A stretch of 64,000 nt of DNA from Ramazzottius varieornatus (lineage: Eukaryota; Animalia; Tardigrada). A model generated the notes under the pieces. It worked only from the letters and a program-made list of their open reading frames with translations, did no database searches and was not told the DNA's origin. Where the stretch lies: contig BDGG01000017.1 of NCBI GenBank assembly GCA_001949185.1, positions 248,001 through 312,000 on the forward strand, read 5' to 3'. Both the position numbers and the translations under genes were made by a program. This document shows, piece after piece, positions 36,689-48,900 of this stretch. Numbering within the stretch: position 1 is the first letter of the stretch; each line of letters begins with the position of its first letter.

Positions 36689-39600
36689 TCATCCGCCTTT
36701 GCCAGTAGACGATGAAAGGAGACACCTACAACGCATATCAACGTTCAATTTTCACTTCTGCATTAATGAAATTACGTATGAATCATGAAGTCGGAAGACG
36801 AAACGTACAAGATCAGTGTGGCAAGTGGCGCACACTTTCATTGTTGTTGGCTGAAAGAGTGCGCCACTTGACACAAGATTTTGTGCTCGATTCACCGGCC
36901 TCCGCAACGAGGCTGAATCGTCATCCTGCTTACCATATTCCGCGTGCTTCAACGGCAGCTTCTCGCACCCTCCGCTTTTTATCGTCAAGAACTTTGAGCA
37001 AGGTCTTGAGAACCTTCACCCTGTAAGGTAGCAGGGCCGGTGCTGGACACTGCGTCGCCACAAAGCCCAGCGTCCTGACAGCGGCAACTCGAACTTCCTA
37101 CAAAAAGAAGCTTCGATTAAGTACACCGAAGCCAAATAAAAATGGCTCGATGAAATTTAAAGCATACCATGTTTGTGGATGTGGCGGAGAGGTCGAGTAA
37201 GCGCTCGATCAGGGGCGGAATGTTGGCAGTGTCCAGCGTTGTCGAGGCGTCAGCTGCACTTTCCAGCAGCAGCTCCTCAAAGCTGGTCAAGGTCGACAAG
37301 AGCAGGTCCGCGTTATCACTACTTAGTGAATGAAGAAGTAAGGGCACTACCTAAAAGAACAATAAAGCACAGAGTTTGCACCGGGGTGAAATCCAAGTGG
37401 CAGTTCGCCCAATTTCGAACTCCTGTCCTAGGCTGCCTAACAGGAAACAACCTCTCGCATGGTTCCCTACTTCGCCCATTTCTTATCGCTATTTTGGTTG
37501 AGCACTTGACAATAGATTTGAACTGTTATTCTTGCTGCAAGAGTAAAGCTCTGGGCGAGTGATTGTAAAGATGGAGAAGAGCTTCCAGGAAACTGTGGAA
37601 GACGCTTGGAAGCTGGTCGAACGAATTCGGGCAGAGGTACTGTATATTCGATACCAGCGAAGTCGGCCGATGAAGCGTAAAGAGTCTTCTCTCAAGTGGC
37701 GCACGTTGTCATTGTTATTGGCTGACAGCGAGCGCCACCGGGAAAACTAGACCAGATTCTTTCCACAAGTGGCGCATATTTTCGGTGTTATTAGCTGGAA
37801 GCGTGCGTCGCTTCGTATAAGGAACCTGTCGAATTTGTTTGCCGGTCATCGAAATGTTATCCTCGGGTAAGTTTTTCGTTTTTGGAGCGTGAGAAAGCAA
37901 GGGTGTATGAATATTGCAGCGACTGGTGACGCCCAAGTCAGAGTTGAAATGCGTCAACTGCGACCAGCACCCCATCGTCTACCACACCGAGGAAGCTCAG
38001 CGCGAGTTTGAAGAGATCTCGCAGTTGTGCGGCGTTTGCTTGGAAGTGGTTACACTACCGCCCGATTCCGCTGAGGAAGACACTGAACGAGCCAAGAACA
38101 TCCTGAAACTGCAAGACCGCGAGTACTTCTACCATCCACGCGGATGGAAATGCCTCAAGTGCCTGACCAAGTTCCAACCTCACAAATTCGGTAAGGAGTT
38201 CTGCCGCTGCTAAGTGCTAACCTCCACTGTTTGTTCTACTGATTGTACCTCAAAGCCTTCGTAAAAGTGGTCGAAAGTGGTCGGTTCTTGCTTCACGATC
38301 TTAAAAAAGAAAACGTTCGCATTATCCACGTTGAAATTTTTCGATGCATTTCCCGGTCGAAACCACCGAGACGAGAACACGGTTTAGACATATTGCAGCC
38401 ATACTCTTCCATGTGCAACAATCTAGAGATCGTGTGTGAAGCCTGCTGACCGTCGATCAGGGCTAAACGATCAGAAGGTCGTTGGTTCGAACCTAGGAAA
38501 AGCTCACTTTTTGCTTTTTGGGCAATTCTATCTTGAAATTCCTTTTGTTCAAAAGGAAATTCGACTGTTACCTTTGGCATGAAGGCTTTGGTAACGAACT
38601 GCGGTACACATCTGAGCAGATGCGACAGCGCCACCAAATGATTGCGCTGTATCCATGTTTTGTCCGCTTCGCTGTTCTGGTCGAAGCTTTGAAGCAGCAT
38701 GGGCAGAGTCTGTAGGAAGAACTTTTGGCGGTAGAGTGGGCTGATGACGGCGTTCATCTGTGGCGTCAGGACGAAGGCTGAGTCTTCCAGGATGACACGG
38801 AGACCATCAGCGGCCTCGGCTCCACTCTTTTGATTCTTGAGACGCACGATGATCATATCGGTCAGTTGGCGAATGATGGTATCGGGCTGGGAACGAACAA
38901 CCAGACCTTTGGTTATCCAGATGATGACGCGGGTGTAGCGTCGTTCTTGCGTGCGGGCTTTGGCCAGGTCGGCCGAGTCCAGAAGGTCACCCAGGCACTC
39001 TTTCACCATCTTCTCTAAAAATGACAATATATTTAAACAAAAATGAAGTACGAGCTGGTGCAGCAAACCCGAAACACTGGTGACCAAGGTTATAAAAGGC
39101 CGATAGGATCGTTACCCCCCAAGTGGCGCACGCCTTCAGGGTCTGACAGTGGAAGCGTGCGCCACTTGAGTAAAGATCGTGACGAGTTTGAGTACCGAAC
39201 TCTTGAAATTTCGACTAGAAGAATGGCCTGATATCCATGTAGCCTACCATCTTCCATTCTGTTGACGAGACCGCCGATGCACTGAGCGGCAAATACGGAC
39301 GACTGTTCGTCGGCGCATAAGCAGCAGGTCTCCATCAGCTGGCGGAGGACCCGCTTGAGCCACTGGCCATAGCCTAATGAGAAGTCCCGAGGTGCGGAGC
39401 AGACGATCGAAGTCAGGATGGAAATGCATCGCGTGTGTGTCGTTACGTACGGCTTCTACAACACACAATATGCTCTTCAGTCTTGTTACAGTGCAAAGGA
39501 AGCCTAAGAAACACGGTAAAGTTATCCGAGAAGTCAGAAGAAAGCAATGGAAATAAATCATCCGCATCAAAAGTTTGAATATTTTCGTCATGCTAGCATC

Positions 39601-42600
39601 TTCCGTATGTCTCAGTTTCTCGTGATAAGTCAACTGGGAACTTACCTCCAGAGGTCTGAAGGCAGAGGGCAGCAATTTATCACCCAAATTGTCGCCCCTG
39701 CCGATCTCGTGGCGGTAACTAGTGTCGCCTCGCAAGTACATTGTATCCAGGGTCTTAATCAGATTCCCATACGTCCTGCCGAAACAAACTGACACATCAA
39801 CCCGGGTTGCGGGTTCACAGCGGAGCTACTGACACTAAACTCACTCTTTGTCCATATGAGAAACGATATTGCGGTATATTCGGCTCAGCGAAAGAAGGAT
39901 GGAAATGTCTTGGAAGCCACTGGTATCCTCCGAAGTGGCGGCGTGGATGGCGCTTCTCAGCGTAGGGAAGAGGACTTGTTGGTGCAAGGACAGTGCTTCA
40001 CCGGGTCCATTCACCCCTTCGACATACGTGGCGATGATGTCCAGGTACATCTTCATCGAAGGAACATAGGGACCTCCTGCAAGAACAGAAGGAACAGATG
40101 GACGCTCGGCAAGCAAACGCCACAAGTGTTATGCCAAAATTGTTATACCAAGTGGCGCACGTTTTCAGTGTCACCAGCTGAGAAAGTACGCCACTTAAAG
40201 ATATCGACAAGTCTTTTTATAAGTGGCGCACTTCTATAGTGTTATCAGCGTGCGCAAACCCCAGTTAGACCATCCTCTAAAGTAGCGCATGTTTCTAGTG
40301 TTACGGGCTGACGATGCGCGCCGCTTTTGAAAGACGACAAAATTGCTTCCCCAAGTGGCGCACGCTTGCGTTATTTATCGATTAGAAGGTGCACCGCTTG
40401 GAAAAATAATCCTGGCGAGTTTGCTCACCAATTTGCCAGATTTTGGCGGTCTCCGGCTTAGGTAAAATAGTATGGTGGAACTTACTTTCGTCGTTGAAGC
40501 GTACGCGTTCTATGAGGGTGTCGATAAAATCGGAAGACCGTTTGGGGCGGGGAGTTCGAAGAAGCGCGGTAGCCAGATCGAGAAGCCTGACGGGAAGTGG
40601 AAGGACCTCGCGATTCTTGATGTACTCGAAGAGGCGCGGTATCAGCTTTCCGAAAATGTAGGCTTCATCCTCTACTTCACCCACCACTTTGAAAAAGTTG
40701 GTGGCTTCGTCCACCACTCCGCTATTCTCGTAGCCCATCACGCCGTTCAACAACGTCTCACAAATCTATCATATGAAAAAATATTCTTGCTGAATTTTCA
40801 CAACAGATTATTGCTTGATTGTCTTACTTGTTCAACCCGGTCGTGTTGGATAAAGGGCTGAGGTGCGCGAATTTTCAACATTAAGGCTAGACCGTTGATG
40901 GCCATGCAATTGACCATAGACTGCGGTGACTGGCCGATCAAGGACTGGTAAAAGACTGCGACGGAGGTGCGCTCATCTTCGTCCATGTGACCTCCTAGCG
41001 AAAGAACTTATATTTGTCAGACCGCCGAAAAGATTAGATCACACTCGGTATGCTCACCTGTCGACACCTGTCCCATGGCTTTGAGGATGAGTACCATGAC
41101 GTTGAGCAAGGCGATGCGGTCGTCAGAGCGCTGGTGTTCCATCAGCAGCCTGACGGTTAGGGGAAGGGTGGCATCGGCAATGCGACCACAGGCTTCGACC
41201 GAACCCCCAGCCACAGCCTGCAACATCTTTCCTGCGGGCTGCTGTAGCTGTACCTCGGGCTTCCGCAAGAACTGCTCAGTTTCGGCAAGGACTTTGGTCA
41301 CGAAACTGTTAACGCTTTCTTCACCTGCAAAACATGAATCTGTTCGATATCGACCGAAAAGTTTCTCGACACGTTCACCTGTTAGCTTCACACACACTCT
41401 TCCGCCACCTGCATACATGGACACCATGATATCCACATGAACAACTGCAAGAAGGTGCGTGATGGACGGAACATGCATACTCACCCACCGTATAACTTTA
41501 CGACGGAATGTATGCACGTGAATGAGTGATGGAAACGTTACAAAAATCTCCGTAACCTTGTTCTGGAAATTACCCTCTTGAGAACCTCTGGAGAGGAGCA
41601 CCGTAACGCTAGTCAGAGCCTTAACAGCGGCATCTTCCACCGAGTCGCTTGGTGGAGCTAAGATCTCGCGACGGAGTTGGATCCAAACGGAAGACAGATG
41701 TTCGACCAAGTCAGGCTTGACGGGAAGTCCTTCTTCGCACAACGCAACCAGAGTATTCAAGGACTCCACCTGCGACATTCGAGGAACCGGTTCAACATAC
41801 TTCCAGAATCCAGATATAGTTCACTTACCTTAGCATCGTTGGAGTCCGACAGGAGTTTTTCGAGGATTAACGGAAAGCAGTATTTGGCGAACTTCGGTGA
41901 AGCCGTCAGACATCGCCGCAGACCGACCGTCACCGCTTCTCTCAGGTTTTCTTGAACATCTCCCTGCGCTGTGGGGTTGTCTATGGGGAAGTAGCAGGCA
42001 ATGACATCGAAAGCCGTTTCGGCCAACGGGCCTGAAACGCGATGTTTCTGTTAATTAAAATGGGATAGCCACAAACTCGACAGCATTATGTCCCGAAGTG
42101 ACGCACTTCTCCAGCATAACTGACTGCAAGGGCGCGTTTCTTGGGGAAACGACCTTGTCGAGCTCGCGCACCAGATTTTTCTTCAGGTTGTTCTTGTATC
42201 TAGTATCTACGAGGTACCTACCGACGTCAAACTTCCTAACGATCTTGAAGAAAGTCCGAAAGACGATCAGCAAGTTGCGAGGCTCGTGTTCGCCATCCAT
42301 ACATGTGATATAACGCATCAGCAAGTTCGAACCCATCTTTTCTAATTCTGCAAAAAAACACCCGAAGTCTCAGATCAACATTATTACACCGAAATATTGA
42401 CGAGCTTTCGGTTGGAGGAAAGCGGCTCATACCGGCAGGAAAGCGGTCGACCAAGGCTTCAAAGAGCGCATATACATTCAAGCGGTCCAGGCGAGGCAGG
42501 GACAGCACATGAACGTTCTCGGTCAGGTTGTCGATAATCTGCTGCGGGTCCTCTCTGAATTTTTCCATCTTCACCTGTAGAGCGATAACCCCGAACCTTT

Positions 42601-43190
42601 GATATATCAAGCTAGAAACGCCTTTTGACAAGATCTATACGTACTAGGAAATTCAGACCACGAAGAGTTTGGGACATTAGCTGTTTGTGGTCGAGCAGAC
42701 GACTGCATAAGAAATCAGCCAGCGAGGAAATTTCTGGCTCAGTCAGCGTGTCCCTCTTCACGTTCTCAAGTATTCCTACGATTAACCCCAGAGCATTCTG
42801 CCGGATGGACAGCTCAGCATTCGTCAGATTAGGGCTGAAACGGGAAGAAAACATTATGATATTTCTCTATACTAAGACATCGATGATGGTTACACCACAC
42901 ATGCATGACGTCAGCAACATTTCGGCGAAAGCCCAGCTCAAAAAATCACAGCATGAAAAAGCCTGACGTCATGCGGGAGCATAACTTACCCAAAGATTTC
43001 GATGATCCGAAGTAGTGTCTTCCTTTTCTCGTCAATTTCTGCAACGAACCAGGTCCCACGTTGAGACATAGACTTGGTGGGTGGCATCACTCTTTGAATG
43101 GGGACCATTACCTGTTGCGAGAGAGCGGAATAACTCCGGGGAAGGATTGGTCAGGCCCGTCAGGACCGTCTGCGACCACTCGGTAGCCAT
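36689..43190 (-). CDS. MMS19: MMS19 cytosolic Fe-S assembly targeting factor (HEAT repeats)
   Basis: MDGEHEPRNLLIVF, FDVIACYFPID, PLILEKL, WITKGLVVRS, PLYRQKFF and C-terminal LDDKKRRVREAAVEARGIW. ATG at 43190, stop at 36689-36691. Confidence 0.93.
37571..38213 (+). CDS. 119-aa Cys-rich (3x CxxC + CxC) protein nested antisense in an MMS19 intron
   Basis: Exon 37571-37636 (MEKSFQETVEDAWKLVERIRAE|GT) joins exon 37920-38213 in phase 0. Both lie within MMS19 intron 37351-38571. Confidence 0.75.
40120..40425. repeat. Palindromic family A array (4 or more units, MMS19 intron)
   Basis: AAGT(G/A)GCGCA left arms at about 40150, 40221, 40279 and 40353. Confidence 0.85.
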
Positions 43191-43752
43191 GTTCCGTTCG
43201 GTGTGCTCTCAAAATCCGCTAGTGTGATGCGGGTGCACTAATCTAGGTTCAATCCATCATATTTCTGAACCAATACAATTATCAAAAGTCCTACTCGTAC
43301 AGCAGGAATACTGTAGAATCCGGCAGTCTTCGAGAGAAACGGGAACGGAAGAATGACAAGAAGCGAAAATTCGATCAGCTGTGAGCCTGTGTGAACGACT
43401 AATCAAGAATCAATAATTGGAAAAGACCAGGTTGCGATAATGTCACATGCTCTGATGTCACGCACACCGATTGCCGAACGACTTCCGTTCGAGTTTCATT
43501 TCCTCTGGACTCTGGAGTCTGGAATTCCATTCTGTGTTTTGCGGGACCTTACTTGGTAATCTCCTGATTCTAGACAGGTGCAAAAGATGATGCAGTGATC
43601 TGCTGGAGAGAGTAAGTAAGATCCACTATGCAGAGCTATCCAGCTGCCGTTGTCGCTAACAGCCTCTGACTGTGATTGCAAACTGATCCAACTCGAACCG
43701 CAAGGCATATTGTTCGTCGGTGGGCTGTTTAGCTTCTTGTCACGGGCGTGCC

Positions 43753-44450
43753 ATGGCCACCAGAGGTAGCGGATCATCCCCGATCAAGCCACTCCAAACG
43801 TACGTTAAGGATAACTCGGGTAAGTCGGATATATCCCAATGTGGCGTTGTTTGGATCAAGTAACGCATTACATCATGTCGGCCGGCTTATATAATATTGT
43901 CCTCTGACGTCGATCGCTGCTGTAAATTGTGCAGTTTCTCTTCCACATGCATGCTACTTACGTTTGACAGTCAGTGAGCAGATCGGTGCATGCAGATGCG
44001 AGAAGCATCATCGCATCTGGTTTACAAAATAATTTATTTTTGCAGGAGCTACGATAATACCAGCATCGAGAAGGCCTGATGGATCGATGAGGAAAGAAAT
44101 TCGTGTCAAGGAAGGATTTGTTCCACAAGAAGAAGTTCCAGTGTAGGTTGCTACTGATTATTTCCATTAAATATCTCGTAAAGGTTTCCAAATACGTTAA
44201 ACTGATTCTTTTCTGGTGACTTAGATATCAAGCGAAACCTCAGAGAGTACAAGTGCACTTTCATGCGTCCACCGAACCTGTCGGATACTCTCCTGTAGAC
44301 GACGACACGGAAACGAAGAAGGAACTTTCCAAGTCCGCCATCAAGAGAGCGAAACAGAAAGCCAAGAAGGCTGCGGATAAGGAAAAGGCGGGGGGAGACT
44401 CATCAGTCGACTCTCTCTCCCAGAAGGTTTCCGGCATGAAGCTGAAGTGA
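43753..44450 (+). CDS. PYM1: Partner of Y14 and Mago (PYM/WIBG), 129 aa, 3 exons
   Basis: Exons 43753-43819, 44046-44142 and 44225-44450 give [40 protein letters not shown], the diagnostic Mago-binding motif, followed by a Lys-rich helix. Confidence 0.92.
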
Positions 44451-45956
44451 AGAACCGGAAGTAGGTTGTCTCTGGCATTTTTGCATGCATTGAGAACACC
44501 GAGTCTTCTGTATTATTTCTTATGGTCGTACAGCAGTTGCGTTTACTAACTTATTTCCTTCTGCGTCAATAAGTTCGCACTGACTTCGTTGGACACTCTT
44601 CAAAGTTTTGGATTTTTCTGATATAATCCCTTCCTGTCTTACGGCTTTAAGGCGGAACAAACGTACGTAGTCAGAAACACGTGCATTCAGAAGTTCCTGA
44701 ATCTCGCGCGGTCAATAGACAAGGGGACAAAGGTCGGTCTGAAATTCCGAAATCCTTTCAATTTTTTCTGTCGAAAGTACATAGTCCCGGCTACTATTCT
44801 AAAGTACTTTCAACCTGCTTGCAAAACTTTTTGCCAGGAAGAAAATTCTGAATGCGTGGAACCCTCTTGAAGCTACTGTGGGACCTCTGTCTTCTCGATG
44901 TCTAATGGGTCTCGTATCGTCCAATACATGACGTCTCCAGCAACAAAACACATCAGATGAACTGCTGAACACGTCTACTGTTTGAGGTTGGCAACTCAGA
45001 AGTTGTCGTTCCTTCGATTTTCCATCGATGAGTGAATTCCGACTTCCAAGACCGGTAAGAATGTCGTTAGTGACAGTCTTTTCAGAGGGCTGTCATACTG
45101 TCACTGACTGACTGGTACGTCATTCCGGACCTTGCGGCAGGATGCGCAGATATATCTGAAGGAAATCGTGAAGAATCTCCCGCTGTCTCCCGCCATATCA
45201 GCGAAAGTTTCTGAAAAGACAGCAAAGAGTTCAAAGATAGACCCATTTGATAGACTGAATGTAGTAAATTGATTTCCCCTCCCCTTGAGGGGCAACAGAA
45301 GGGCTGAAGCCCGCAGGTGAGACAAGCAGGTGGATACAAGGCATTGCCAAATTAATGTCAATCAGCCCTTAACGGTTCACATTCCATTGCATTCTTCGAT
45401 AAGAATTAAGAATTTCTTGTCACGACTGTCGTCTAACTTCTTCCAGACATCAGAAGTTACGTCTGACTCTTCGGATTGGGTCATTGGGATGGCGGATCGG
45501 ATTTTCTTCTGACTACCACGTTTAACACTGGATAACCTGTTGCTCGTGCAGGAAAGGAGGTGTGGTGGTTCAACAACCTGTTGCTTTGTCTCCAGAGAAC
45601 TGTCAATCTTCTCACTGTGCGTGTGCTTATCTGAGTGGTATCACACCTGGAACCGTACGTCCTGAAATTCAAGGAGATGTTCGGGATACGGTAGTTGGAT
45701 GTTGGTAAAAGATGGCCTGTGCGCTGGGCATTCCTCTATTTGACTGCAACGCATGTTTACCCTCTGGCCATATACATTCCATCTATTTCAACATTGACGA
45801 CGTCAGAGAAACCTTTGACTAATCATCACAAAAGATAGCAGAGCTGCAGAGGTATGTCTGTGTAATCCTGATATCCATATACATAATTATGCTGATTTTA
45901 AATTATTTTACGTACGAGGATATTCACAAACTAGATCAACAGTGTATCTTCTCTAG

Positions 45957-48900
45957 ATGAATACTCCGCAGCATGGACTCTACAAAGCGGCTCATTCTAC
46001 TCAGACACAGAGGAATGGCTTACCACCGAAGACGTCAAAACCTCTACTATCATCACCTTCCACTGTACCCACAAATATCGCCAGCGGAGGTCGTCAGGAC
46101 GAGGTGTATCAGGATAATCTGAGAGCATCCAGCTTTAGCTCGAACAGCTCGTCTTCTTCCATCAACCTCAACGGAAGTGCTTCATATGGTCACAATGGAA
46201 GCAGACATCCAGTGGAAAATTCGACCGGTCAGAATAACGCTAAAAACGTTTTTATTGTACCCCTACATAGTAAAATAAATTACGGTTACAAACTAGACAG
46301 AAGTGTTTCCCTAAGTGGCGCATACTCTCAGTGTTATTAGCCGAAACTGTGCGCCACTTGGGAAAATTGTCTGCTCGAGTTTGTTTGCCCTTACAGCTGC
46401 ACAACATGCATCCTACCGAAATCTACTCCTGCTGTAGTGCCGTGAATTATGGATATTCAACTTCCTAACGCTCTTGCAGGATCGAAATGGACGAAAGAGA
46501 CGACGTCGCCAGTAAAATCCTTCCCTGTGTCCGCCCATGAATCTCACCCCGAATCTCTAAGTCGTCCTTCACTTTCCTCCGTCTCGGCGGTCCAAGCGTC
46601 CCTGCCCGCTCTGGAAGCCCGGCATGTCAAGAGCCAGGAAGTCGCGAAGCCTATTTTACAGCACGCCATGGCGCCCAGAAAATCCATTGGAATATCATCT
46701 CAAACACCCGGGACCTTTCAGCGGTACAATGTCAACCCGAGCCGTCCCAAGGCCGTCGGTCCGCTGGCTTCCGGACGCTGCGAAGCATTGACGTTGGTCA
46801 ACGCTGCACCACCGCCGCCACCACCGGCCTACGATCAACTTCAGCATTTGAACGGGACGACAACCAGTCAGAAAGCACTATTCGGGACGAACGGAAGTAT
46901 CTCGGTGGAGAATGAACAACAGCCGGGACAAAATACGGGTAACGGATATTGATTTGCGGGAACCTGCATACGGTCCATGGGTGGTTTAAAAGGATTGAAG
47001 TTTGCTAGTTTGTGATGGGTGCAGCCACATGCTGAATATACCGTAGAAAAATACCATGTTTGGAACGCATGTCAAACACCTGTATACAAATTGTTCAAGT
47101 TGTTGAGCAGCTACACGTTCGCAGGGCTGTGAAAGAGTGATCCACGAAAGTTTTCATTGGTGTGTACCATTCTTTTTTCCGTAGGGTACAACAAGCACGC
47201 GATGGTTTTGATGTCGCCGATGGAAAGACCCGACACCGAAGACTCCGTCATATCCGAGGAAGATCCACGTCCAGAACTGTACATATCAAACAGGCCTCGG
47301 TGGTCCGCCAAAGCCTACCAGTTGTACATGACACTCCGGCTAGAGAATATCCTCAAGTACTGCGAAGAACGACGCCATCGGCGGCTGCTGTTGGAGCAGG
47401 AGCTGGACAAGAGCGACTTTGATGAAGAACGACGGCAGCTTTTCCGGCAGGCTCTGAACCATCACGAAAGCAGGCATCTGCGGTGGAAGAGGTCCAGGAA
47501 GATGGGCACCAAGGACTTCGACAAAGTTCGGACGGTAAGCTAGACTTCCCATCAGACTCGGCAAAGCCGTTTTCCTAAGTAACGCACTTTTCTCGTATTG
47601 CTGGCGGAAAACGTACCCCACTTGGCAGAGCAGTCTTGTCGAGTTCCATAGTGGCACACGTTTTCAGCCAAAAGCACCGTAAACGTGCGCCACTTGGGAA
47701 GTAATCTTACCGGGTTCCCAAGTGGCGAACGCTTTCAGCCAGTATCACTGAAAGCGCACCACTCGGGGGGAACAGTCGTGTTGAGTGTATGTGCTGGGCT
47801 CTCGAGTAACCGACAAGAATAAGTTATTCTGCTTCGTGGCAGGTTGGAGTGGGTGCCTTCGGGGAGGTGGTGTTAGCCAGAAAGAAAGATTCGGGTGATT
47901 ACTTCGCCATCAAAATACTGAACAAAGCTGACATCAAAAGAAGGAACCAGGATGCGCATGTGACAGCGGAGAGGGATATCTTGTCGGAAGCCAGCAACGA
48001 ATGGGTCGTCAAACTGTTTTATTCCTTCCAAGACGAGGTTTGTACCAGTCAAGCCAGCCTATGGCATCTTTAAAAATCCATAAATGTGCGGTGTGCAAAA
48101 TACAGTATCTGGCGTGGCATCTCTCGATGCTCGGGTGATGTAGTAAAATGGTGATGCTCGTTTCACATGACTCACTTGGACGGACAGAATCTGTCGGTCT
48201 AACTATTAAACTGAGTTTATCTGGCTCAAGCCGCGGGGTATGGCTCAAACTTCAACTGTAAGTCACGTATTGGGTGACCGTCGAGTTCGGCCCCGTGAGC
48301 TTCGTGGTGCGATGGGCGAGTTGGTTTGTACTGAAAGGATGCTTTCTTTCCATGGGTCGGGTGCGTTCTGGTACAAGGCTTGTTAGTGTTTTCACGGGTT
48401 TTGATTTCCGGTCAAGTGATCTCTGGATATCGTTCTTATGACGAACTTCGGATTGACTCCAGTATCATATTTGTTCAGGGACTGTTTTTACGTGGTTTTG
48501 TAAGATTTGTTGTGGTGGAATGTGAAATAACGAAAAGGACCTTTCTCGCGTGTCTTAAATATTAAAAAATCAAATTACAGTACTTTCGTTGAGATTATAA
48601 AATTATAAAATTTAGTGTAAAAAGGTGGACAGTCTGAACGCACTTCGGGGAACGATAAATATTTATATCTTGAATCACAATCACAAACTGGTTGTGTTAC
48701 TATTAAAGGTTAGAATAGCTTCTCGCGAGAATGACTTTTTTATTATTTGGGAATGTTTCGTGTTTTCATAGGTCAACCTGTACTTCGTAATGGAGTACGT
48801 GGCAGGCGGCGACCTGATGCGCGTCCTGGAAGAACTTCAGCAGTTCGACGAAGAACTGGCTCGCTTCTACACGTCCGAGCTGGTCCTGGCCATAGGTTCC

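Noticed and set aside
40120-40425. Family A arrays as a CRISPR array (conserved repeats with constant-length variable spacers)
   Set aside because: The arms are inverted rather than direct repeats, the spacers are homologous to one another, the copies are dispersed in spliceosomal introns of an animal, and no cas genes are present.
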